Assembly (NCBI GenBank): GCA_963665235.2
Contig: CAXXLX010000001.1
Coordinates: 3,776,001-3,840,000 of the forward strand
DNA: 64,000 nucleotides
Direction: 5' to 3'
Source: Candidatus Poribacteria bacterium
Lineage (GTDB): Bacteria; Poribacteria; WGA-4E; WGA-3G
The notes beneath the pieces are model-generated. The model did not search any database. It had not been told where the DNA came from and saw nothing but the letters and a program-made list of their open reading frames with translations. Of the stretch, positions 20,495-30,300 are shown one piece after another. The position numbers and the translations under genes were made by a program. How positions within the stretch are numbered: position 1 is the first letter of the stretch; every line of letters begins with the position of its first letter.

Positions 20495-20860
20495 GTAGGA
20501 GCGTGCTGTGCACGCGATACATTATACCATTTTTATTAATTATTCTATCATTACCGGTTGTTAGAAATGAAACGGAGAACGGAAGACCCAAACTGGAAGT
20601 TTAGGCTACAACAAAGAACACAAACTGGAAGTTTAGGCTACAACAAAGAACACAAACTGGAAGTTTAGGCTACAACAAAGAACACAAACTGGAAGTTTAG
20701 GCTACAACAAAGAACACAAACTGGAAGTTTAGGCTACAACAAAGAGACATTTTCAATTAGAAATGGTATTATATCACGTACTTCCACTTAATATCGCGAG
20801 TACAGCTCGCTCCTCCAGAAGGAGAAAAGCCCTAATATCGCGAGTACAGCTCGCTCCTTC
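20495..20860. repeat. GTAG-type REP hairpins: one forward (20495) and two inverted (about 20790, 20835), bracketing MITE A copy 2
   Basis: gtaggagcgtgctgtgcacgcgata versus reverse complement of tatcgcgagtacagctcgctcc. Confidence 0.65.
20525..20768. mobile_element. MITE family A copy 2, TTA duplication, five 32-bp units
   Basis: Same termini as 3846-4246; unit variant acacaaactggaagtttaggctacaacaaaga. Confidence 0.82.
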
Positions 20861-20928
20861 AGAAGAAGAGTTTTGTTGAACAAACGACGAAAAATAGGGA
20901 AAACTAAATAGCTCTGGATTAATAGCGA

Positions 20929-21948
20929 TTAGGTTGGTGGGACAGACTGAACACAGCGAAACCCGATGCTCGGGACCGCAAACGAAGGGACATCTCTGCG
21001 CCGGAGGGTGACACGTAAAAACTGCGGCGGATGGTACCAGGAACCCCCACGGAATACACGAGAATCTTTAATAACCGCAAAATTGGAAAGAATGCGTTCA
21101 ATACTACTGTCCGGTATTGGATTTCGACGCGGTGAACGTTTGTAGAAATCTACGTGATACGCATCAAGGCACCATTCGCGGACATTCCCGACCATATCGG
21201 ACAACCCGTATCCGTTAGGTGGATACGTTCCGACTGGGGTTGTCCGAATTGTGGTTATGCGTCCATCCCAACTTTTGCCGTAGTTCGCCTTACTCGGGTC
21301 AATGGTATCCCCCCATGGATAGGTTTTTCCTGTTAATCCGCCGCGTGCTGCCTTTTCCCATTCTGCCTCTGTTGGCAACCGTTTTCCCGCCCATTGTGCA
21401 TAGGCCATCGCTGCATACCAGCTGACTGAAACAACAGGATAGTTGCCTTTTCCGAGCGGATAACTCTCATCATCCCAGAGTTTGAGGTAGTTTCCATCGT
21501 GGTATTCTTCCCGAATATGCGTCTTGGACCACTGTGGGTTGGCATCAACAAAAGCCCTATACTGTGCATTGGTTACCGTGTAGCGGTCCATGTAAAATTC
21601 ATCGAGATAGACAGTATGGCGCGGACTTTCATCTTCGGTATCGGCAGTGCTGCTTCCCATCTGAAACTCCCCTGCGGGAATCAGTACCATTTCGGCATGA
21701 TCTTTCCCAAAAAAGGTACGATATTCAACATTTTGTCTGGGTTCCGGTGTTTCTGTCTTCCGTTCTGCAAGACCGCGTAGCACCTCATAAGCTTCCGTAA
21801 TTTCTCTAAACTTAGCGGCGGCTGCTTCATCTCCCGGATTTTTATCGGGGTGATACGTCAATGCAAGTTGACGGTAAGCCTTTTTGATTTGTGCCTCAGA
21901 GGCATTGTGAGGCACATTCAAAATTGCGTAATAATCGCGTTTTGGCAT
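20929..21948 (-). CDS. J-domain (HPD) fused to formylglycine-generating-enzyme-like (SUMF1) domain
   Basis: DYYAILNV...YHPDKN; [38 protein letters not shown]. Confidence 0.88.
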   Translation of the reverse strand: MPKRDYYAILNVPHNASEAQIKKAYRQLALTYHPDKNPGDEAAAAKFREITEAYEVLRGLAERKTETPEPRQNVEYRTFFGKDHAEMVLIPAGEFQMGSSTADTEDESPRHTVYLDEFYMDRYTVTNAQYRAFVDANPQWSKTHIREEYHDGNYLKLWDDESYPLGKGNYPVVSVSWYAAMAYAQWAGKRLPTEAEWEKAARGGLTGKTYPWGDTIDPSKANYGKSWDGRITTIRTTPVGTYPPNGYGLSDMVGNVREWCLDAYHVDFYKRSPRRNPIPDSSIERILSNFAVIKDSRVFRGGSWYHPPQFLRVTLRRRDVPSFAVPSIGFRCVQSVPPT

Positions 21949-22033
21949 TGTCTTTTTTCCTAGTGATTGAATGATTTGGGGAGAGACATCGGAAGGTATA
22001 AAGCTCGGCACATCTACAAAGACACCAATGCGT

Positions 22034-22441
22034 TTAGGAGGTGGGTACACCGATGGACGCATGGATTTGGACAAATTTCCACGTATCGTCGACTTTTTCT
22101 AAGACACCTGTCATCCGCATTAGGAATTCTTCTGCGGTGCCCTGCCATTTAAGTTGCCAGGTCTGTTGTGTATAAAACCACGCCATCTCGTTTCGTTCCT
22201 GTACATCAAGGCTGATAACTGTGATGCTGAAATCCTCAGTGCTGGCGACGTGGTTCCGGTAGTAGGCCGTAATTTCGGTTGGCCCTTCAACAATTTCGCC
22301 TATATCCGTGCCGATTTTGACGTAGTATCCGGCAGGGTGCATCATTGAAATGAGGGTTTCAGCATCTCTTTGAACGAGCGCGTCAAAATATGTGGTTATG
22401 GTCTCATGTGCATTCAACATCGTGAATACCGGTGAGTGCAT
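22034..22441 (-). CDS. SnoaL/NTF2-like domain protein
   Basis: [18 protein letters not shown]-terminal signature; start may be about 22420. Confidence 0.75.
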   Translation of the reverse strand: MHSPVFTMLNAHETITTYFDALVQRDAETLISMMHPAGYYVKIGTDIGEIVEGPTEITAYYRNHVASTEDFSITVISLDVQERNEMAWFYTQQTWQLKWQGTAEEFLMRMTGVLEKVDDTWKFVQIHASIGVPTS

Positions 22442-22997
22442 CCCACAATACCCGACTCATTTGCGCGCATGCTTGGACAACGGTGCCGTGAGAATCCGCT
22501 GGCAACGCCCCAATTCGTTCAAGCAGTTTTTCCGATTCGTGCTCGTTGTGTGAATGCGTTTCAAAATAGGGCTCTACCGTTTCTGGGAGTTGATAGAACG
22601 TCTTCAATCCTGCTAATTTCGATTGGGCGGTCTCTGGTTGTTGTGCTTCAAACGCATAGAGCGCGCCTAACGCGGTTGTGGGTTCGGAGAAAAGGGTGTC
22701 CGCTGTCTGTAACAGTGCCTTAACCTGCGGAATTTGTGCTTCTGAAACCGTAGTGTCAAGTCCATCAGCGAAGTCAGCCCACATGTCGATGTGTTCCGTT
22801 TCCTCTTCGGCTGTTTCGGGGTCATCTAGTGTTTCCCATCCCTTCGGCAGAGTTGCGATGAAGGCCCCGTATTCACGTGCATAACATTGCAACGCTCCTA
22901 TGGACAATTCGCCGGCACTCCATGCTTGATAGAACGGATGCTTGAGTAGGTTGTAATCCGCGATTTTACTGTCTAACGTTCGTTTGAAATCCATCAA
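22404..22997 (-). CDS. PqqC/CADD-like heme-oxygenase-fold protein
   Basis: LLKHPFYQAWSAGEL, EE..H..W, GALYAFE, SKLAGL, YF..H. Confidence 0.8.
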   Translation of the reverse strand: MMDFKRTLDSKIADYNLLKHPFYQAWSAGELSIGALQCYAREYGAFIATLPKGWETLDDPETAEEETEHIDMWADFADGLDTTVSEAQIPQVKALLQTADTLFSEPTTALGALYAFEAQQPETAQSKLAGLKTFYQLPETVEPYFETHSHNEHESEKLLERIGALPADSHGTVVQACAQMSRVLWDALTGIHDVECT

Positions 22998-23228
22998 ATT
23001 GGGTACTCCGTTTCTTTTTTGATAAATCCGGTTTGTTATAGACTTGCAGGCAAGCCTGCAAATTACGTTTTAAATCTGCTATTTTTTTAGTATAGCATAC
23101 CGTATATTTTTATGTCAAGGAAAATGTTTTTGCCTTACAAAGAATTCATTTGACATTTTCTGTGAAGTATGTTATTCTATAATCGGGTTAGCAATAGAAT
23201 ATCCCTTTATTAGAAAAAGGGGGAATTT

Positions 23229-23880
23229 ATGAACAATAAAATAATCAGCATGTTAGATGCGCTTGATTATTCAGAACTACGGCAATTTCCGGAGCGGAGC
23301 TCGCTTTGGCTTCTTAACACTTGGTATAACTTGCGGGGTCTCGTGCAGCTCGTTGACAGTCCTATTGTGCCGCATCTCGATTTTGAGAATGCTGTGTGGA
23401 GCGTCTGCTATCGCTTGGTCCTGATGAAGCAAACCAGCGTGACAAAGTTTTATCGTATCTTTACATGTTGATTTTTGGTCGTAGGCCGCGTGAAGAGCGT
23501 GAAGGTTTAGTTCATGTGATTCACGATTTGATAGAGGATAAATCGCTTAGGGCGAAGGAGGAATCAAGAGTGCAAACAATAGCCCAATCCCTTTTTGAGG
23601 ATGGTATGAAAGCCGGTGAACAACGCGGTGAAGTTCGTGCGAAACGGGAGGTTACCCTGAAAACCCTACACACACGGTTCGACGATGTGCCGGATGAACT
23701 TACTCGTAAAATCGGGAGGATGCGCAGCCTCAAACGCCTAGATGCCATATTCACACAGGTGTTAGAGGCACAATCTCTCGTAAAATCGGGAGGATGCGCA
23801 GCCTCAAACGCCTAGATACAACGCGGCCATATTCACGAAACAGGTGTTAGAGGCACAATCTCTCGAGGATATAGAGTGGA
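23229..23880 (+). pseudogene. Rpn-family (recombination-promoting nuclease) remnant with nuclease core deleted and a rearranged 3' end
   Basis: FPERSSLWL..NLRGLVQLV..HLDF and C-terminal GEQRGEVRAKREVTLK..RF align to 40506..41669; frameshift at about 23395; duplicated tail at 23778-23880. Confidence 0.75.
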
Positions 23881-23924
23881 TATAGAGTGGTAATGGATTA
23901 TTTCAATTCTGAGGGAGGCATTTA

Positions 23925-24668
23925 ATGACTGAAGAACAGAAATTTATTTTCGATCTAAAGGGCTATTTACTGATTCCGGAAGTGTTGAAACCTGCGGAGA
24001 TTGAAGCACTGAAGACGCAGATTGAAACCATCCGAACGAATCCCGAAGCATTACCGCCGCACGAACGACAGTTTCCTGGGGGTACTGCTTCGTTTTTAAT
24101 TGACCATCCCGTGATAATTGATATTCTCCGTGAAATTTTGGGGGAAATCCGGATGGAATCCAGCTGGTTTACCTACCGCTCAGAAGGACACGGAGGGCCG
24201 CCACCCCACGGCGGTGTGCGAAACGTCAATCCGAATTTCAGCTATCAGTGCCACAACGGAAAGATATATTCGGCACTGACACGGGTTGTCTTCGAATTGA
24301 ACGAAGTAAAGGCGGGGGAAGGGGGAACGTTATTCCTTCCAGGAAGCCATAAAGCGAACTTTCATATTCCAGAAGCACACCGGCAGGTGGATTCACCGCT
24401 CTTTGAAACATACAGCTGTCCGCCCGGTTCAGCGATTATCTTCACAGAAAATCTCTGTCATTCTGGGGATACGTGGAAAAATCCGGATAGACCGCGAATC
24501 GCTGTCTTCAATTGCTATAACTTCGTTGGCTGCCAATTTCATAGACCCTCAGTGCCGAAACATATCATAGAGGGTTTGCCCTCGGAGAAGCAGGCATATT
24601 TCCGTAACGTGTGGGTGTGGCATCAGGGGGGTCCGGACAATGGGAAAAATCTTCGCTATGATGGATGA
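23925..24668 (+). CDS. PhyH-family dioxygenase-like protein
   Basis: FDLKGYL, PHGG, LPGSHKANF, FTENLCH..W, terminal R. Confidence 0.85.
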   Translation: MTEEQKFIFDLKGYLLIPEVLKPAEIEALKTQIETIRTNPEALPPHERQFPGGTASFLIDHPVIIDILREILGEIRMESSWFTYRSEGHGGPPPHGGVRNVNPNFSYQCHNGKIYSALTRVVFELNEVKAGEGGTLFLPGSHKANFHIPEAHRQVDSPLFETYSCPPGSAIIFTENLCHSGDTWKNPDRPRIAVFNCYNFVGCQFHRPSVPKHIIEGLPSEKQAYFRNVWVWHQGGPDNGKNLRYDG

Positions 24669-24736
24669 GCAGACGTTTTGTAGGTCCGGTTGAACGGAGA
24701 AAAAACCGCCAAAGGAGGCTCCATTTTTTACTTAAA

Positions 24737-24830
24737 CAGGACTTACGCAAATAGAACAGATTTTTCGGGTTTTCGCAGAGGTCTACCCCCTAACCCACCC
24801 GGAGGCGGGGGAGGGAATGCGTAAGTCCTA
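24737..24830. mobile_element. MITE family C short form (YAGGACTTACGCA inverted ends)
   Basis: caggacttacgca ... tgcgtaagtccta. Confidence 0.75.
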
Positions 24831-24843
24831 TTTAAAAATACAT

Positions 24844-25164
24844 ATGTTAGATAAATCAATGCCTTACCAAGATATTAAAGAGCAGCTTATTTTACGTGAC
24901 CATCTCGCGGTGGACCGCACTATTCTGGCTAACGAGCGGACATTTCTCGCCTATATCCGTACAGCTATCACCCTATTTGTGGCAGGATTATCGTTTATCC
25001 ATTTCAGGATTCTTGGCGTGCCTCTCATTGACATAACGGTTGGTATCATTTTTATAGTGTTCGGCACCTGCACCTTCCTTGTGGGGCTCGTCAGATATAA
25101 AGGGATGCAGGGACGCATTCGCGAGATTAATCACGAAGAATTAGAGGAGAAAAATCCGTTATGA
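24844..25164 (+). CDS. DUF202 (YidH-like) membrane protein
   Basis: RDHLAVDRTILANERTFLAYIRT signature. Confidence 0.9.
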   Translation: MLDKSMPYQDIKEQLILRDHLAVDRTILANERTFLAYIRTAITLFVAGLSFIHFRILGVPLIDITVGIIFIVFGTCTFLVGLVRYKGMQGRIREINHEELEEKNPL

Positions 25165-26183
25165 AGATAAAAGAGGTGGTTGTCACCGGGCAGAACCGGG
25201 CGGAATTGCAAACGAACGAAATAGACATGCCCATCCTTTCACCTAACGAATTGCTGATAGATACGGAATATACGTTTATCAGCAGCGGGACAGAGCTTGC
25301 AAACTATACCGGTAGAGACCCGAAGGTTTTTCAGAAGGGTACATGGTGCGCCTATCCGTGGCGTTCCGGTTATGCGAACGTCGGAATTGTACGCGATGTC
25401 GGTACCGGGGTTACCCGAGCTGCTCCAGGCGACCGTGTCTTTACTTATGGGCGACACGCTTCAACGTTTCGATACTCACAGAATAGACTGGTCGCAGCTG
25501 TGGACGCAACGGTTGACCCGGCGGTTATCGCAGCATCCCGCATGGCAGGCGTTGCAATGACAGCAATTATCGTTGGAGAAATTGAGACGAATGCCCGTGT
25601 CATTGTCTTCGGATTAGGATTGGTCGGCAATTTAGCAGCGCAGATGTTCCAGATTCACGGATGCCGCGTCATCGGGGTTGACCCGGTGGAAGCGAGACGC
25701 AAATTGGCACAGCGATGCGGAATTATAGAAACCATCGGCGGAGATGCTGACGCAGTTCAAACACAACTTGGAGACATGACTAAGGGTGAACTCGGTAATA
25801 TCACCGTCGATGCGGTTGGACATAGCAACGTTGTTATGCAGGCACTTCGCGCTACCGCGAACTACGGCCAGTTGATTATACTCGGCTCACCGCGCGTCTC
25901 TGTTCCCGGGGATTTGACCGACCTGCTATCTGAAACCCATTTGCGCTGGATTACTATCCGTGGCGCATTGGAATGGTGTGTGCCGATGTACCCTGATACG
26001 GGTAACCGTACCTCGCAATTCAGCAAACAGCAGACTATTTTCGATTGGATGGCGCGCGGAAAGCTGCAGGTTGAACCGTTAATCTCTCATCGGCTCAAAC
26101 CTGAAAACATTAAGCAAGCTTACGACGGCCTCCTTAACGAACCGAATGTCTATACGGGGGTTGTCCTGGATTGGACCGTTTGA
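25161..26183 (+). CDS. Zinc-binding (MDR) alcohol dehydrogenase-like protein
   Basis: ISSGTE, GYANVG, GLGLVG Rossmann motif, LISHRL. Confidence 0.88.
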   Translation: MKIKEVVVTGQNRAELQTNEIDMPILSPNELLIDTEYTFISSGTELANYTGRDPKVFQKGTWCAYPWRSGYANVGIVRDVGTGVTRAAPGDRVFTYGRHASTFRYSQNRLVAAVDATVDPAVIAASRMAGVAMTAIIVGEIETNARVIVFGLGLVGNLAAQMFQIHGCRVIGVDPVEARRKLAQRCGIIETIGGDADAVQTQLGDMTKGELGNITVDAVGHSNVVMQALRATANYGQLIILGSPRVSVPGDLTDLLSETHLRWITIRGALEWCVPMYPDTGNRTSQFSKQQTIFDWMARGKLQVEPLISHRLKPENIKQAYDGLLNEPNVYTGVVLDWTV

Positions 26184-26226
26184 AAGCACTAGAGACGTTA
26201 GAAATAGACAGAAAAGTAGGCATAAC

Positions 26227-27147
26227 ATGGAACAGACACAATTCTTCAACAACTGTACTCAATCGGCATTACCGCCGGGGCTGGACGTGAGATTCAACAA
26301 AAATCGGGTGGCGGCTATTACGTTTTCGCCCGATGGTACACGGCTAGCAGCGGGCGGGGATGGACGTATCTGGATATATGATGTAACGCGCGGTGTGCAA
26401 TTCGCTATGCTCTCCGGACATACCGACCGGGTTCGCGCGTTAGCCTTTACGCCAGATAACGGCACGCTCGTAAGCGGGGGTGAGGATAGGACGCTCCGGT
26501 TGTGGGATATAGAAACCGCCCAGGAGACATCCGCACTTACCGAGAACGCCTCTAATCTCGTCAATGCCCTTGCCTCTTCTCCAGATGGTGTGCCCCTTTC
26601 CGGGTGGCATGAAGGCACTGGACGTTTTCTGGCCGCTTTAACGGCTGACCCAGGACAGGTTAGAGCGTTAGCGTTCGGACCAGACGGAACAGTGTTTGCA
26701 AGTGGCGGGACAGATGGAAAGATTCGCGTGTGGGACCTAGAGACAGGGCATGAGCTGTTATCAATTTCGGCGCACGATGGGTTGGTCTTGGCGTTGGCAT
26801 TCTCCCCGGATGGCAAACACCTTGCAAGTGGCGGTTCAGATGCAATTGTGCGGTTATGGGAATTGGACAGCAAACGTCTCCTGTCAACCTTGACCGGGCA
26901 CAGAGATTCAATCAACGCGTTAGCCTTCTCTATAGAGGGCGGAATTCTTGCAAGTGGCGGGAGAGACGACTCTATTCGGGTGTGGGACGCACACGCGCAG
27001 AATCTCATCTCCACCCTTCCTGTGCAAGCAAAGCACGTCTGGGAATTGGCGTTCTGGCAAAAAGAGCAGGATGGAACGGCAACGCCTATAAACGGTCAGC
27101 AGCTCGGAATTGTAGGCAGGGATGGGACGTTTTTTATCGTGGAATAA
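26227..27147 (+). CDS. WD40-repeat protein
   Basis: Repeated GH..V.ALAFSPDG..LASG..D..IRVWD. Confidence 0.92.
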   Translation: MEQTQFFNNCTQSALPPGLDVRFNKNRVAAITFSPDGTRLAAGGDGRIWIYDVTRGVQFAMLSGHTDRVRALAFTPDNGTLVSGGEDRTLRLWDIETAQETSALTENASNLVNALASSPDGVPLSGWHEGTGRFLAALTADPGQVRALAFGPDGTVFASGGTDGKIRVWDLETGHELLSISAHDGLVLALAFSPDGKHLASGGSDAIVRLWELDSKRLLSTLTGHRDSINALAFSIEGGILASGGRDDSIRVWDAHAQNLISTLPVQAKHVWELAFWQKEQDGTATPINGQQLGIVGRDGTFFIVE

Positions 27148-27167
27148 CGCAAGTTGTTACATAGTAC

Positions 27168-27368
27168 TAACGTGAGTTTGAAAAAAGTTTTGACTTCTTA
27201 GCCCAGTACAGGCGGTCCGTTTATAGAAAACCGATAACGCCAAAACTCGTAGTCCCGTAGGGACGATATATTTATAGAAAACCGATAACGCCAAAACTCG
27301 TAGTCCCGTAGGGACGATATATTTATAGAGGTTAGCACAAACGGACATTTATTATCAAGCTCCCGTTA
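27168..27368. mobile_element. MITE family B with two 28-bp hairpin repeats (51-bp period, minus strand)
   Basis: taacgtgagtttgaaaa ... ttatcaagctcccgtta; repeats at 27250-27277 and 27301-27328. Confidence 0.8.
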
Positions 27369-27376
27369 GTCCTAGA

Positions 27377-30300
27377 CTACTCTGCCAATTTCAAATCCGC
27401 AAAGGGGTTTCCTTCCGTATCGGTGATGCGGAGATAGAATCCCCAAGGGAGCGTTTCATTGCACACCTTCACCATAACCGTGTTTTTGCCGGCGATAAGC
27501 GTTACAGGAATAGTGCGGCGGTCTATTTGCGCGCCCCGCGTTCTTCTATGGGCATACACCTTTTTACCGTTCAACCAAACCTTGCCTTGGTCATCGCTGT
27601 CAAACTTGATGTGTGCTTCGCGTTCCTCGGGGGCGGTAAACGAAATATAGGCATACGCGACGAGCTGTTTTTCATCGTCCCCAAAACTGAAGAATCCATC
27701 AAAGGTTTTGTCATTCCCCTGTTTCCAACTCACCTGTCCATCTACGCCATCATATTTTGCGGATGTGTCAATCTGCCCGGTTTCTTCAGGAATGTAGGCG
27801 GTATTATACCCGCGTCCCTTTGTATTGTCAAAGGGGCCGAGGGTGACCCATAAGGTTTCAGGGAAAAAGCCAGCTTTTTGAACATAAGTTTTTGCCGCGT
27901 CTGTCATGCCGAGTTCACGACAGAATTCAGCTAAGGTAAGGTTAGCGTTTACTTTGTCACCCACGGGTTCCGGTATAGTCTCAATCAATTTACCAATCAT
28001 CTCAACATAGCCGTTTTTGTCTTTTACATGCTTGCCCGCTTCGGCGACGCGCTTCAGGAGTTGTTCTACCGGATTTCCGCGGAGTCTTCCCGACTGACTG
28101 CTGAGATTGAGGCTGCGCTGAAACTGTTCAAGGGCATTTTCATACTGCTCATTGGCGAGATATGCATGCCCCAGGGTGAACAAGTAGGTTGAATCTGCCC
28201 TGTTATTAGCGGCGAGTTTGGCAAGTCGCAGTGCTAGCTCGGGTATGACATTTTTGTTAAGAAGCTGCTGGGCAAGTTGATGATAGTCCGCCCCGTGCTG
28301 GTGGTCCTCTTCTCTCTGCCGAATTTCGAGCCACTGGGTGTATGCCTGCGCGGCTTTTTCGGCGTTCCCCGATTCTATATATGTATCGCCTAACAGTTTG
28401 TACAGGAGCACACTCTGTGCTGTCTTTGTGCTGAGTTCTTCAAGGACAGCAATCCGTTTATCTGTTTCTGTCAGTTCCAAGATAGCTTTGACCGCTAAAT
28501 CCTGTTCTTCTGATGTAAGGGGTGCCTCCAGTGCGCGCCGATATACCGCTGCCGCTTCTGCTGAATTGTCCCTATTTCTGTGAGTTTTTGCTAAGAGGTC
28601 ATAGAGTTCAAAAGAATTCGGTTCAAGCCCAAGTGCCTTTTCGTACGCAGCGGCTGCTTTCGCCAATCGTTCATTCCTATCTGTTTGATTAGACCTTTCG
28701 TATAACCCCCCGACTGTTCTATGCCATTTGACAACATCAGGTTGTAGTGCACTAATTTTAAGGTATTGCGCAATTGCCTCGTCAACTTTGTTGCTTAATT
28801 CGTAGGTTTGGGCGAGTGCAAGTCTTGCATCGATGTCATCCGGGTTGGCTTCAACCTTTTTGCGCTGTTCAGGGATACGTTTTTCGTGGAGGTTTCCATC
28901 CCTATAAGCCTGTTTTATTGCCTTTTCTGCACGCTCTTTGTCATTAGGAGAAATGTCTGCAAGCTGCTGATATGCGGTGACAGCCTCCTCATACTGCTCC
29001 GTGCGAAGATAACATTCTCCGAGGAGTTCATATAAATGTTGTAACTTCCATTTATTATTGGTACGGTTGAGCTTGTCCGCCTCTATCATTTTGACTGCCT
29101 CCTTAAAGAGGGCAATAGCGGGGCTGTACATTTTATTTTGAAAGCAGATAGAGCCGAGTCCACAGGGGAGCGTGACTTTATCTTTCCAGGGGCTTTTTGG
29201 GAGTGCTTGGGTACCCCGATTCAAAAATTCGGTTGCCAGTTCCACTTTGCCAATTTTGTTCAGAGAAGCAGCCGCGTAATAAAAATAGTGAACATTGCTG
29301 GGTGCAACTTCGCTGAGCTTCTGGTAAACCTCCGCAGCTTTTTCGTGATTATTGGAACGCCGATATATTTCAGCAACCCCTTCAAGAATATGTTTAGTCT
29401 CCGGTGTCTTTTCAAGCTTCGCTTCAAAAATTGCTTGCAACTGATTGAGTTGCCCCGTGCTTAGATACGTTCGACTTAAAATCTCACGCATCTCATCGCC
29501 GGGAAAATGAACCTTGAAACCTTCTAAACCGCTATAATAACTGATGGACAAATTGTTCGGGTCGTTTGCTTCAGCCAGTGCCACTTCTTCATACAATTTT
29601 ACGGCAAGCTCACTGTTACCGAGCCGGGCATATTCCAGCATCAGAAATTTAGAGATATCCTCTCTGTCACTGCTATCGGTTGTCATATTCCGTGCCTTTT
29701 TAAAGGCTTCCACCGCCTTTTCGGATTGCCGTTTTTGACTGTAGTGTTGGGCGAGTTCCATTTGCATATCATACGTGATGGTTCCAGCCTTTTCTGCTTC
29801 TTCGAGAAATTCCGCCATCTTACCACTTTGGCGATAAAGGTCCATTATCTGTCGTTCAATCTGGTGTCGCCAGTGAGATTCGGTTGTTAATTCGAGGGCT
29901 CTCTGATAAGCCTTTGCAGCCTTTTCCAATTCACCTGTATGTCGGTAGCGGTCGGCTATATTCTTTTGCATTTCAAACGTTAGGATTCCCTGTTCTTCTG
30001 CTTCTTTGAGATATTCCTCTAATTTTCCGAGGCTGGAATAGATGTCCATCAGTTCCCTATTAACGTCCCGCCTTTCATAAGTGCTTGTAGCCATGCCAAG
30101 TGCTTTCTTGTAAGCAGTTATAGCTTTTTCGGTTTTCCCCTCAGTTCGGTAGATAGATGCCCGCTGCTTTTGCATGTCAAACGTTAACGTTCCCTGCTCT
30201 TCTGCCTGCTTCAAAACCGCTTCAAATTTACCTTGGCGTTGATAAAGTTGCAGCAGCTGCGCTTCTATCTCTTTTCGATTCCTACTCTGTCCCGCATATT

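Noticed and set aside
20929-21100. Diversity-generating retroelement variable region
   Set aside because: No template repeat, reverse transcriptase or avd is seen in the window
26259-27014. 251-aa antisense ORF and other long shadow ORFs (e.g. 39590, 8920, 40465)
   Set aside because: They lie antisense to or overlap well-supported genes and have no recognisable motifs
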